A stretch of 54,883 bases of DNA, filler included, from Bipalium vagum (lineage: Eukaryota): assembly GCA_037834085.1 (NCBI GenBank). It is 3 parts of 3 records of this genome, joined end to end, with 100 filler letters (N's around TTAATTAATTAA, not from the genome) between each part and the next. Parts side by side here need not be neighbours in the genome. Positions count along the whole stretch, not along the records: positions 16,666 to 36,256 come from JBBMKC010271812.1; positions 36,357 to 54,883 come from JBBMKC010026345.1; 1 more part is not named here. The stretch is one strand, 5' to 3'. A program made the position numbers and the translations under genes. The notes beneath the pieces are model-generated. The model searched no databases and was not told the origin of the DNA. It saw only the letters and a program-made list of their open reading frames with translations. This document shows, piece by piece, positions 26,564-39,149 of the stretch. The first letter of the stretch is position 1. Each line of letters begins with the position of its first letter.

Positions 26564-27811
26564 TATGAACCAGGTTACATTTCGCAAAATTAAATTATTA
26601 ATATTTGTAGCTACATAAGTTAAACGAGAACAACAAATATATATGAGAATTACAGATATAGATTTATTATTTAACATAAGCTTTTACACCATTCTTCGAA
26701 GCTTGATAAAGTTTTCTCTTAAAATTTCAGAAAGAGTATCAGACCATGTTTTTCTGATACTCTTTCTGAAATATCAATCTATTTTCTTTTAAACTTTGAT
26801 ATTTGAGACGGAATTTTTCTGGTTTTCTTCATTTCCTGCTTGCACAAAGACTAAAATGTTTCAATCGGTTGATTCTGAAGTGTATGTGGCTGTTGTTTTT
26901 CTCTGAGACATTCAATATTTTCTTCAACAAACTCTGAAATCTTGCGATATCAGGCTAAAACAGGATATAATGATTTTGTTTGTAATTGTTGATGAACGGA
27001 ATAAAAATCTTTCGAATACACTTTTTCAAATAAATACTTGCGTTACTATACTTGGTACTATAATAAATGTAAGGTCGAGTGATATCTCCATTTTGTGCAA
27101 TCAATTTTTTGCCAAATTCCATTTTTGTTACAGAATTTTCCTTTAGGTTCAATTTTATGAATAGCATTTGTCTCATGGCCATTTACTACACTGTAATATT
27201 TATTGCCTGGAACTTGACTGGGATCGAGTGGAAAATATGTCTCATCGTTCATTATTATAAATTTGCTTCCACCCTTATAAATTTGGCACAACACTCCTGT
27301 AAAACTTTTTTCATGCCTTTTAAGCTCTCTTTGGTTGATCATTTTGATATTTTAGAGCAACTGTCTTCTTTCTTGTCACAATATCTAACTTCAATTTTCT
27401 TTGATCTGGCCACATTTCTGATGACAATTGATGGATTATTGATGTACTTCTTTCTGATAACCTTCAAAATCCTAGAAGTTAAAGAATTTGGTGTAGGACC
27501 GGAATTTTGGGAATACTTTATTGAACCAAACTTCTGATAACGTTCAAGTATTCGTTCAACTGTCCTCCTGACCAAACCTTGCATTAAAAAATGATTTATT
27601 TTCATCTTCCTATTGCCATTGTAACGCTTGAAAAAATTGATTACACAGACCACGCTTTGTTCACTTTGTGTTGATTTCATTTTGAATTAATTAGATTGAT
27701 ATTAAATTAATTAAGTTAATATATTTGAATTAATTAAAAAGGATTATCTATCAATTCAAGTTATTATCAAAGATTATACTGCTTTAATTTTGCGACATTA
27801 AACCTGATTCA
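26564..27811 (-). mobile_element. Tc1/mariner-superfamily element, DD37E (TRT)-like, degenerate
   Basis: Imperfect TIRs atgaaccaggttacatttcgcaaaattaaa / tttaattttgcgacattaaacctgattcat. ORFs 27339-27680, 27058-27342 (IIMNDETYFPLDPSQVPGNKYY) and 26955-27182, then LF*PDIAR and PIETF*SLCKQE. Confidence 0.8.
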
Positions 27812-28354
27812 TGTTTTATAAAAAAGTATTAATTATTTTATTTTCTTAAGAACGTTTTTTATTATTATTCTCTAATCTTTTTATTCATTATTTTTGTTTT
27901 GCAAGCCTCTAAATATTTTATTATTTGTTGGATTCTATGTAATTAAAAGCTATTCATAAAATAATTATTCATTAATAATAAATTTTTAAGGGAAAATTAA
28001 CTAAGTGAACAGGTTCTTCGTTAAAGATTCTTTTGACAATGAACTGTTTTTGGTTATGCCAAGACGTGATTGATGTGTGATTTTTTATAAATCATTGAAA
28101 TTTCCACTTTTATATTTTACAAATTTTGAGAACTGGTAAAACTTTGCTATGGAAAAAAAGGCAGGTTATGTTTATTGACAGGAATTGGGTTAGTTGGAGA
28201 ATGACTAAATCATTGTATGTCAAAAGTCGAGGGACATCTTTAATTCCTTAGTAATGAAAATAGATAAATATTAGTTAAGAAGATTTTATTCAATTTTATA
28301 AATAGAAAAAAAAATTTCTGTCATAAAAATCATTCAAAAGGACAAAAATCATAC

Positions 28355-28425
28355 CTGTACAAATATTATTTCCACTTAACTGATATCCTTCTCGACAGAC
28401 ACATTTATTGATTGTGTAATCATAC
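28355..28425 (-). CDS. Exon encoding the C-terminal half of an EGF module, same fibulin-like gene
   Basis: Long polypyrimidine tract ending ttttaAG; donor CAG/GTATGA. 71 nt, phase 2 to 1: xYDYTINKCVCREGYQLSGNNICT(D). Joins in frame to DIDEC at 20848. Confidence 0.78.
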
Positions 28426-28608
28426 CTTAAAAATAGAAAAAGAAATAGGCCATCTTGTTAATTGTTAATATAAAAAATATAATCAAGTTTATTCTGATAA
28501 TGATATTATGTTATGTGAGAACAGAAACGATTACTACCTATTTGTTTGTTATTTATTTCACATTTATGATTGATTTAATTTATTGAGTATTTATTTTTAT
28601 AAGGAGTA

Positions 28609-30070
28609 GTTTGAATAATTAGTTTGGATGATTTTTTTGAATAAGAACCTCTCATCTAAATTAACGCTTATTACAGTGTTTCTGAGGCCAATTTGAAAAT
28701 GTTTCATTTAATTTTGAAAATTTTTTTGATTATTAAGTTTTTTTAATAAATATTTTTGAATTTATTTTACAATATTCTATTCTATTTGGGTTTGTTTAAT
28801 TATGACAATTAAACAAACCAATATGATATTGATTCTACAATAAATTTTAAAATTATAGTAATGCCACTAAAAAATTGTACAACATCTAATGACGATAGAC
28901 AAAGAATTATAGATGCATATTTGAGTGGAAATAAGGCCAAGTCAATTTCAGAAATAGTGAAGATTAAAGTAACAACTTTCTTGAAATTATTCAAAAATAC
29001 AACAGAACAAGAAAACCTGGAATCACATCATCAACTTTTTCAATCAGCAGATATAATAAAGCATTCCATTATTCTCTAAAATTATTAAATGCTATTCCGG
29101 AGAAAAAAAAGATCCAAAACCAATAAGCACCAGATTGATTATGTATGTTCTTTCATAAGTCTACCAGAAATGTATACTGCAAGGCAGGTTATTTTCCTTG
29201 ATGAAGTTTGATTCAATGTTAGCATGCGTGTTTCTAAAGGATTATCTCAAAGTAGTAGTCCTACAACTAAAGTAGTACTTTCCATTAGATCAAGAAATAT
29301 ATCCGTATTTGCCGCAATGAATAATGACAACCTTTTAATATATCATTCTCAACCTAAGGCTTTTAATGCAAAAAAATTTATTGATTTTATTGGAAAACTC
29401 GCAATTTCATTGACAGATAAAGAAATTATCTCAAGAATATTTATTATGGACAATGTAAAGAACAACATTATCCAGGAAGACTTAAATTATTTAATTTTAC
29501 CACCTTATTCTCCTTTCTGAAACGCAATTGAAAATTTATTTTCAAAATGTAAAAAATTTATTGAAACGAAGAAATTCAAGAAATGAAGTAGAATTGATGA
29601 ATTACATTGAAAATGCTGCGAATATGATTAATAGCTTAGAATCAGCAGGATATTTCAAAACATGCATGGATTTATAAGGAAAGCAATTAAAAAGATATTA
29701 TTGGAAATTAACTGCAACGGAAATGTAATACAAATAAAGGTTTTTGATGTTTATTTATTTTATTTCTTATTTATAAAATTGAATGAAACATTTTCAAATT
29801 GGCCTGAGAAACTTTGTAAATGTTTATAATTTAAAGTTTAAAAAATTGATAAAATCTTTATAAGTAATAGTTTTTATTGATTAATAGATTTTTTGGTCAA
29901 AATTTTAGTGCATAAATTGTAAATAAAAATAACAATAAATGTTGATAAATTTTTTTAAAGTAAATAATTTTAAAAAGGTCAGATCCATTTTTGAAAATTT
30001 GTTTAAATAATCGGATTTAGTAAAATATTTATTGCTTCCTATTATTATTAAAAATGTCAAATCAAGAATA
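28609..30070. repeat. AT-rich interspersed repeat, copy 1, split by the IS630-like element
   Basis: The flanks 28609-28673 and 29817-30070 align colinearly with 40170-40460. Confidence 0.7.
28674..29816 (+). mobile_element. Full-length IS630-like Tc1/mariner-superfamily element, degenerate
   Basis: About 35-bp TIRs cagtgtttctgaggccaatttgaaaatgtttcatt with TA TSD. ORFs 28861-29079 (HTH) and 29224-29520. Motifs FLDEV*FNVSMR, IRSRNISV, IMDNV and LPPYSPF*NAIE. Confidence 0.9.
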
Positions 30071-30183
30071 TCTATTTTTATAAAATATTAATTTTTATTT
30101 ATTTTTGCATGTTTATTTATGTTATCAAGGAATATAATTTTGCATTACTGCGCAAATATAATTTTAAAATAATAATTACTTAA

Positions 30184-31420
30184 CATTAGAAACCCGGGAA
30201 AATGAACTACCTACAACACGAAGTGCGTCAATTGACGTTTTACATTAATTTTTATTTCAAAACCTCCTTTGCATTTTTTAATTGAACATTTTCTACAAAT
30301 CGCTTTATTGCACATCTGGAATCGACCTGTTGTTCTATTTCTGCATTTAGTTGTTGTACATGTGCGCCTTTTCTTCGTTTCAGATTGACGCGAGTAATCG
30401 TCATTGGCCTTTGGGTTTTTATTTAATGGGGAATGTCTTGCGAGGTCTTCACAAACTTTATGGATAAGCTGTCGACGAGAAATTGTACTTTTGCACACGA
30501 TTTTATAAGCTATCCAAGCATTTATCAGGGAGAAGTCCAAAAAATTTTAAAAACATGCATTGGTCATCTTCTACTACCAGCTCTTGTGGAATATGTCTTT
30601 GACATTTGATCAATGACATCAACACCAAATTTATTCTTGTTATAAAATAAAACAGTTTCGGGTTTTTTCTTAAGATTAGATACCCTTGGAATAATGATAT
30701 CAGGATGTACGGTGCTCAAAATGGCAACAGATTTAGTTGTTTTGCACTGATATCACGTTAAAGTTATATGATTCGATGTTTCCATTATTAATGTATCATG
30801 AAGAGGTCTTTTTACCTTTATTAATTCAGGGAATTCTCTTCTATTTAAATGAATTGTACCAACAATGCTAGGTTTTTCATCAGTAACTTTTGAGCAAGAT
30901 TCAAGGAGGTAAAGTAATTGTCACAAATGACGTTATATCTTCGGTTGGCAAAGGGACTCATTAATCTTAGTACAACATCAGTGGGTAAAGAATCAATTGG
31001 TTATTTTGTTTCATCTTTGCCTAGATATGGAAAGCCATTGCATAAATATTTGCTTTCAACATCAAGCCAAAATTTTAATCCAAATTTATCAGGCTTGTTT
31101 AACATATATTGGATAAATTTACACCTAGTCTTACAAGGTCTTCAATTGTTATATTCTCATGAAAAATATAAGCTTTTTGAGAGTTTTCTATAAATGATTT
31201 CCATAGGTTAGAAACTAAGCAAAACTTATCTGTTTCCAAATTCTTTCTCCTTTCACTTTTGAGATCAAATCATAAGTTTTTCATTATATCTGAAAAGTTT
31301 TTCACTTGTCATATTTTTATTAAATAGTGGACACCCCCAAGATTTATCCCACATTTGTGCTATTGGTAAATTTCTTCCTCCAATTACTCCTCTAGCAATA
31401 ATAAGACCAATTAGTAATTT
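30184..31420 (-). mobile_element. piggyBac transposon relic (5'-truncated)
   Basis: KPDKFGLKFW..NGFPYLGK, CDNYFTS and YNKNKFGVDVIDQM motifs. Cys-rich C-terminus in ORF 30211-30540. TTAA at 30180-30183 abuts the cattagaaacccgg terminus. Confidence 0.9.
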
Positions 31421-31999
31421 CCCAATGTTTTTTTAAAATTAATAATTTAATTTAAATAATACTTTAATTATTTAATCTTTAAAATTTTACATTAATATTA
31501 TTAACTTATTTTAATATTTGTTTTAATTTATTTTAGATGTTGTTTATTATAAGAAATTTTATATATTTTTAAAGTTCATATTAAATCATAATTGAAAAAA
31601 ACTAAATAGAAATACATAATTAAATTTCTTTGTGCTATTATATAATAGAATTTTCATTTTTTAATAAAAGAATATAGTAAAAAATATTGAGGATCTATTA
31701 AAATTCTTATTTCACATTCCAATAATTATGCTGTTTCATATTAAAAGATTATTATTTATTAAGAAAAGATTTTTATAGGAATTTTCTGATAAATATCTTA
31801 GGTGAAATTTAGTATAAAATATAATTTTATTATTATTATAATTACAAAAGAGATGTAAGCATGAATTATACTAAAAAATTACTGAAATAAAAGTTGATGA
31901 GAATATACTGATTAGAATATATTTTCTTGGGTCTAGTTTAAAGTAATTTAATCAGTAAAAATATAACCTTAATTAAAAACTTTAAACCGCAAAAATTAT

Positions 32000-32880
32000 T
32001 CACGAAAATATGATCCATTATGCTGAACGCATTTTATCCAACCTTCACCAAGTAATTTTATGACCGCTATTTACCACTCTTGGCTTTTGAATCAAAGAAT
32101 TGTTAGCACTCTGATTTTAAGTCGGCATCATTTTTAAAAGACCTTCCTACCAGGTAATGCACCATAGAATGAAAGAGGTGGTAATTATATGATGCTAGAT
32201 CTGGACTGTATGCTGGATGGGGAATTAGTTCAAATCCAGAAAGTTCATCTGTCTTTGCCTTTGTCTTTTTAGCTATGTGTGGCCTCCTGTTGTAAGAGAA
32301 CACGTTTTCTGTTGACTAATTGTAGATAACGTTGCATTATTTTGTGAACACAATCTAACTGTTGACATTAAACTTCAGACGTTATAGGATGACCACCTGG
32401 AAGTAATTTGAATTATACGATTCAATCATAATTCCACCATACAAAAATCAGAACTTTCGTTGGAACATTGACCGCTTAACGACAGGCAGCAATGAATCAC
32501 CATTGTTTTTTTAATCAACGGACACATAATAAATCAACTTTTCATTACATGTAACTATTTGTCACCAAAAGCGAGTGTCCCTTGGATAGTTCAGTAAGAT
32601 TTGACAAACACTTACACTTCTTTTTTGTTGTTCCAGTGTTAAATCGTGAGATTTTTGTAGACGATTTTAATATCTTGTCCAAGCATTTTTATACCGCGAA
32701 ACACTTTTAGTAAGGATACTTAGTTCCTGTGATAATTGTCTTGTACTTTTTGTGGGTTAGATGCAACTGTATTTTTTATGATTTCAAGTTTCATTGACCG
32801 ATGTCTGTCTGCTTTCGGCTTATATAAAATTGTCATGTGAGCACTTTCAAATCCAAGATACGAAATTAACATCTCTTAAG
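32000..32880 (-). mobile_element. Degenerate mariner
   Basis: ORF 32103-32303 RPHIAKKTK..FELIPHPAYSPDLASYNYHLFHSM, with further upstream remnants. Ends approximate. Confidence 0.85.
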
Positions 32881-33962
32881 AAGAAAAAGTTATTTTATAG
32901 AGTTAAAGATAAGTAGAAAAAATATTTATTTATTTACTATTTATTGTAATTACATGTTTACCTCATAATTTATTAAATGATTTCATTTGACATCAACATT
33001 AAATTAACATTATTATTATGTATTCTACAAAATAAATGTTTTATTTTAATAATAATAATAATAATTATTATTATTTTTAATATAATTATAAAACCTTTTG
33101 ATCTCGTAATGCAAAAAAATTTAAAAGTGAATCAAGATGTATTAATAAAAATTGAATTTCATATAAATTTTATGTTTTCTTTTAAAAAGTATGAAAATTA
33201 AAGTGAACGGGATCGAAATAAAATTTTTTGTTTTGATTCAATTTATTTTGCGTCAAAAATTTCTCATAATAAATTAAATTTTAAAAATTGTATTATAAGT
33301 TAAGGAAAAATGATTACACTTTTCTTCTACCATATTATCGATTGACCTGATAAATTTTATATATGATTCTCTATCACAATTATACCTCAAAATTTCCTTT
33401 CTAGTGTTCACTGTCATCGGATCTAATTTCCTCCGTATTATTTTTTTGCATAACGTCGCCCCCGTGTTTTCAGTTCCCCAAGTAATTTATCAATTACAGA
33501 CGTAAATTAAAAAATGACAGGAAAAGGGAAGACAGTTTCATCTCATTTATATTTTTTCTATTTCAACTAAAATATGATTTTATATATTTAAAAATTAATT
33601 TATGATATTAAAATAATGAAAAATAATTTAAGAAATTATGCAGAAATTATTAATTAATTATGAACAAAATCTGCTAAAAAGATATTTTTTCTATAGTAAA
33701 AGAATTTCTTCTTTATTCAATTCTTTAATTAATTTTAGGCTACATTAACCATCATTATTTATTATAACATAATATTATTAATTATTTCTGAAAACATCCG
33801 AAACAGATTCTATGAACGCTTTTCTTCAGTTTCGATTTTACATTTTTTGTTTAATTACGATGTTTTAAGAGATATATTTATGTTAATTAATTAAGATAAG
33901 TATTTGTAAATAACGTTGCATTTTATTTAAATTATCTTTATCAAAATATTGGAGAATAAATA

Positions 33963-35226
33963 TTAGGTTATTCGGAAAGTTACTATGATTTTTAGTTGGG
34001 TTTTTTAGAAATCATTTAAAGTATCAAAACAATTTATTAATAAAAATTTCAATATCGATTACATTAATCCATATATCAAGAACGATTATCAGGTAAAATT
34101 GTAAATATACAAAAACCAATTTAAGTGGAAAATTTGAAATTTTACATGTTCGGCATATTGCAATGTTTAATTTTCGAAAAAGAAATAATGCAACAAATGC
34201 TGGAAGAAAAATAATGTGCGGTATATGGAAAATAGGCAATAACCCAAAGGTAATGTCAAACGCGGTCTTTCAGATTTCGTTAGGGAAATGCTCGACCTTC
34301 AACATTGGTCCCGTTCTGGAAGACCAGTCAAGAATGATGTAGACAATCTAAAAACTGCCGTTTAAAGAGGACCAACATTTGAAAACTCGGACAATGAGAA
34401 AGATCTTACATCTATCTAATTCCACAGTTCATTCACATTTAAAAGGTCTAAGTTATGTTGCATGGCTCGATGTATACGAACCACATCTGCTTATAAAAAA
34501 GGATATTATTCAGCGCATTAAAATATGCAATTTGCTACTCAAGTGTGAAGCCAAGGAATATTTTTGAAAAGAACAGTAACGAGCTATGAGACAGTGGCAC
34601 AGTAACCACAGCCGCAAGGGGACATGGGGTAGGAGAAATTAACCACCTCAATGCTCACCTCAAAGGAGAATCCATGAAGAAATGGTGATGCTCTCTGTAT
34701 TGTGGGACTGGCAAGGAATAATTTTCTTTGAGCTGCTACCACGAAACAGTACCATTTATTCCGATGTTTACTGCAGTCAACTGGATAAATTAAATTAGTG
34801 TATCAACCTGGAGAAGCCATCATTGATCAATAGAAAAGGATTAGTTTATCAGAATGACAACGCAAAACCTCATACAAATTTGGTGGCTCGGCAGAAGCTG
34901 TTGGATCTTGGATGGGATGTTCTACCACATCCACATTATTCACTCGATCTAGCTCCTTCTGATTTCCATTTATTTCGTTCTATGCAACATTCTTTAACTG
35001 GAAAAATCTTCGATTCAAGTGAAGGTGTCCATAAGTACTTGACTCATTTCTTTGCAAATAATGAAAAGAAGTTTTATGCGGATGGAATCCTAAGATTGCC
35101 AGACAGGTAGCATAAAGTTTTGGATCAAAAGGAACAATATATTGTTGACAGAGAACTTTTTTATTAATAAAAAATGTAATCTTGAATTTCATTCTCAAAA
35201 CGGAAGTAACTTTACGTAAAACATAA
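33963..35226 (+). mobile_element. Full-length mariner DD34D (mellifera-like), degenerate
   Basis: TA-flanked imperfect TIRs (ttaggttattcggaaagttact / agtaactttacgtaaaacataa). ORFs 34379-34567 and 34823-35110, with DNAKPH-(34 aa)-D in YSLDLAPSD. Confidence 0.92.
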
Positions 35227-35599
35227 TATCTTTTATGAGATATTTTAAATATTTAATAGATTTTTTTACTGAGTTCCATTCGGACTCTTTTATACATAAT
35301 TCTTATTTAGTAATTTTATATTTTTTATCTAAACTGAATTGTTAATGACTTTCTTGAAGTATTTTCTCGTTTTGGTTTGTATTATTTCATTATTATATTA
35401 ATTATTGATTGAGAGAATATTAATTGTTCCTAACAAATAATTCTGTGTTAGATTTCCCTTTTCAACCGTCAATTAGAAGATTCTCTGAGGGAAGAAGAAC
35501 AAAATAGTAGAAATTATCAAGCATCTAAAATAATTCTTAAAAATTCTCCGATATAATACTTTCATTGTCTATGACCAATGGAATTGTCTTAGACCAATT

Positions 35600-35934
35600 T
35601 ATGATGTCTGCAACTTTGTGAAACTTATTCGTATCAGATATTACTTATTTTCAGAAAGTAAATGATGTACTCCGGCGTAATTAATTTTAACATTACATCT
35701 TAATTTTAGGTCTTTTGTAATATTCCCAATTGGGGTCTAATGAATAAGTAAATATTTAGAGAATTCACAGATAAATATTCTGTTAAAGGCATCTATTTGT
35801 CAAGCTTGTCAGTTACTTTAAGCAATCCAGAGCTGTTGACTGACTAACATGGAACTGTTATGCTATCTCTACGCTTGTTAGGCTTGGATTTAAAGTTGAT
35901 TTCAAAATCGGGTTTTACTTTCTAACCAACCTAA
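35600..35934 (-). mobile_element. Mariner terminal fragment
   Basis: TA-ttaggttggttagaaagtaaaacccgatttt TIR on the minus strand. The internal part is too decayed to type. Confidence 0.5.
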
Positions 35935-36256
35935 TATAAAAATAAGCATTGAATAGAAAAATTAATAAATTTTTATCCTCGTGTGTGGTAATGGTGGTCA
36001 TATCCTCTTTCCTTGCTCATTTCAAGTGATAAAATTAATATATTTTTAACATTGAGCTATAGTTTACTGAAATATAATTGGGAATATAATTTTGAGTGAC
36101 TTGAAAAAAAGTACAATTGAATATTACAGGGTACGTGCGATATTTTCGGAAATAAAATGAAAGAAGAAAAACAAGTGGATTGGACTATTTTTGAATAGAT
36201 ATAATAATAGTAAAATGTTATTGAAAATTACTAATTTGTATATAAATTTATTCCTT

Positions 36257-36356
36257 NNNNNNNNNNNNNNNNNNNNNNNNNNNNNNNNNNNNNNNNNNNN
36301 TTAATTAATTAANNNNNNNNNNNNNNNNNNNNNNNNNNNNNNNNNNNNNNNNNNNN
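36257..36356. other. Artificial assembly spacer (44 N + TTAATTAATTAA + 44 N)
   Basis: Same 100-bp construct as 16566-16665. Confidence 0.97.
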
Positions 36357-36480
36357 TTTATTTGAATTATAATTTATAAGGGCAATAAAGTCAAAATTTT
36401 ACAGTTTATAGGTCAATTTTTAGTAATTAATAGATCAAAACGTTAGGTTAATTTCAATGATTTTTAGGTCAATTTTTTGG

Positions 36481-37481
36481 GGGCCCTAGTCATAAGTGTT
36501 AGTTAATAGAATCCTTCCAATTGTTTTGAGAAAAAGCTTCTCATATTCAAGTTTCCATTTACAAGAGGATGATTATTCTACCAGTGGTTATATACGCAGA
36601 GTTGATTGGATCATATTAAATATATGACAAAGACAAAAAAATAATTATTATTTGTGCTATTTTGAGATATTACGACGTATATTTTCAAAAGTTCTCTTCG
36701 TCATTGTTTCTATTTCTTTCTCTTCACATATATTCATTAAGATAACTATCTAAATGTTCTTTTCTGATAACTTTCGCTTTTTATATCAAGCTTGAATTTT
36801 ACTCAATATGACTCTATATTCTGTGTATTTTTTCCAGTCTTTGAACAGACAAAATTTTCCGAATGATTAACAAATCGAAAATCTTATCCCTTTTCCTTTA
36901 TTTTTGAATAATTATCCATCAGACATAAACTGTAGTAACATGGGACATAAACTTTTAATTATTATTAATAAAGTACCTGTGTTACGTTTTTCCACACACT
37001 TCCTATATCCAACTGTAGGTTTAACTTTCATGTTACGGAGTTCTACCTATGCGATATTTAGATTTATATCCAAATAGAGATTCATCAACCTGACGCCATT
37101 TCCACTTAGCTTTATAGAATTATTAATAACATAATTAGTACATATATCTATATGAAATACATATATTTAACTACAGTTGGCCCTGAAAGTTTTTTCAAAC
37201 TACTTTTCTGAACTTCCAATAATCCATAGGTAAATTGAGAAAATAAAACATCACAAGTTCGATCGCATTCCATAGAAAAAAAACCATGTCGAGTACTGAC
37301 GGAATTATTATAGTTCATGCATAATTTCTCCATAATCACATCCATTCGCATCAGCCTACAGATCTCTTGGTTTTAATTAACTCCATTTGATTCTGACATT
37401 TTCACAATTTCTATACAATAATCCCTTGGTTCTTAAAAAATCTAATAATTCATGCGTCATGTCGATACTTATAACTGGGTT
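36481..37481 (-). mobile_element. Merlin (IS1016-like) DNA transposon relic
   Basis: QVDESLFGYKSKYRIGRTP, VEKRNTGTLLIIIK and VNHSENFVCSKTGKNTQNIESY* are Merlin DDE motifs. Weak TIRs gccctagtcataagt / acttataactgggt. Confidence 0.85.
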
Positions 37482-37635
37482 TTAAAAAATAACTTTTTTC
37501 TTGAGATCTAATTTTTAAAAAATTAATTCTTTTAATAATAATAATTTTAAATAATCTGTCAATTTAAATATGTAACAAGAAGTTTCATATATTTAATGTG
37601 ATTCGCTGATTAATCAAATTAAAGATACAAATTTA

Positions 37636-37850
37636 CTGAACATAGTATTTAGTGATGAGGCGATCTTCCACACTTGTGGAAAAGCTAACCGTCATAATTT
37701 TCACATTTTGAAAATCGAAAAACCAATTGAATTTCTTGAATATCAATTGAAGATATTCACCAAACGTGAATATTTGGTTGGGGATGACAAAACGTAAAAT
37801 ATATGGAAATTTGCTTTTCAAGTGATACGATTACAATATCTGTAAATCTG
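37636..37850 (+). mobile_element. rosa/DD41D-like transposase fragment
   Basis: IVFSDEAIFHTCGKANRHNFHIL..EYQ then SPNVNIWLGMTKRKIYG. Matches FSDEAxFHxxGxVNRHN..SPKVNVW. Confidence 0.75.
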
Positions 37851-39149
37851 GATTTTCAATTTGTTGGAAGTCTATCAGGAATTTTCTCAAAATATTTTAG
37901 CTTGAATATTTTGTTTAATATTTCACGCTATTTTGGCATTAATTATCCTGAAAAATTCAGAATAATTATACAATTTCTCTTTAGACATTCAATAAAACAA
38001 TTCATTCCAAAGTATCCATAGATTGGTTTTATTAAACAAATAGCTCGACATTCTTACAAAGATTTTATTACCATTATGAAGATATTTAATTGTATTATTT
38101 TTTAAACTTAAGCGAGAAAATATATTTTAAAAAAACATTTATCCATCAGAAATTTATATAAAATTCAAATCATCTTTTTTTCCACTCATGAGGGTGACAT
38201 TGCAAACATGTTAAAAACTCATTGGTGAAATTAAAAATATGATAAAATTACAAAATATGATAATTACCAAACAATCGCACAACAAATTAAATATTTATTA
38301 TAAATAGTTAAAGTATTTATGGATTTTTCATATGACCGAACAGAGTTTAACGTTAATTGGAAAGGACTTAATAACAGATAACAAAGGACGTATAGGAGAA
38401 AAAATATCCACTCTCTTCAAAATCCCGTTTTACTGTAGATAGAGGAACAAACCCTACTAAAATAGAATCAGAATATTTGATAAAAGTTTTTTCCAACTAA
38501 AAGTAAGACAGAACAGCTTATGTTTCAAAATTGTACAGAAGAAAACTGTACATTTTAAACATAGAAAACCTTTTTTCAGAAGTACCATCTAAAATGGAAA
38601 AAATACTTTAAAATATCCAAGAACATCAAAGGAGATTGAAAAATAAATAATCTGTCCTTCTTCTAAACCAACTCATAAATACAGAAGAAATTAGAATATT
38701 AGCAATCACCACCATAAAAGATGGAAACAGTCAATCAGTTGAAATATTGTCTATAATGGTTTTTGATTTACAGGAACAATTACAGTAGTATCCCGAAGAA
38801 AAAGAATTATCTCTCTAAACGTTCCCCAAACTGGGATAACTGAAGAACAATTGAAACAGGGAATGGATGAATCTACTATATACGAACATTATTACAAAAG
38901 ACAGTAAAAGAGGGATACAATATATTATTTATTTATATATAATTAATGTAGCATTTAGTCCTCACTGTTTGAGCATCTTAAAAAGCCTAAGCTAGAAGAA
39001 AAATATTTGTTTTATCCAAGATAATCTCAGGTTTCGATTTATTGAAACAGTTAATTTGTGACCTTTTGTGTAAAAAAATATAGTGAAACAAAATATTTAT
39101 TTACACACTTAGAAAGATGAAGATAGTATACACTTTCTTGAGTTTCGGG

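Noticed and set aside
33386-33480. GC-richer minus-strand stretch ending in phase 2 (..RKEILR/gtataa) that could precede the 28425 exon
   Set aside because: No clear acceptor, no EGF cysteine pattern and a weak donor.
35974-36057. Phase-0 open stretch LNVKNILILSLEMSKERGYDH..* as a possible GUK terminal exon
   Set aside because: Lacks the RLxxRxTE LID motif and lies across the artificial spacer.
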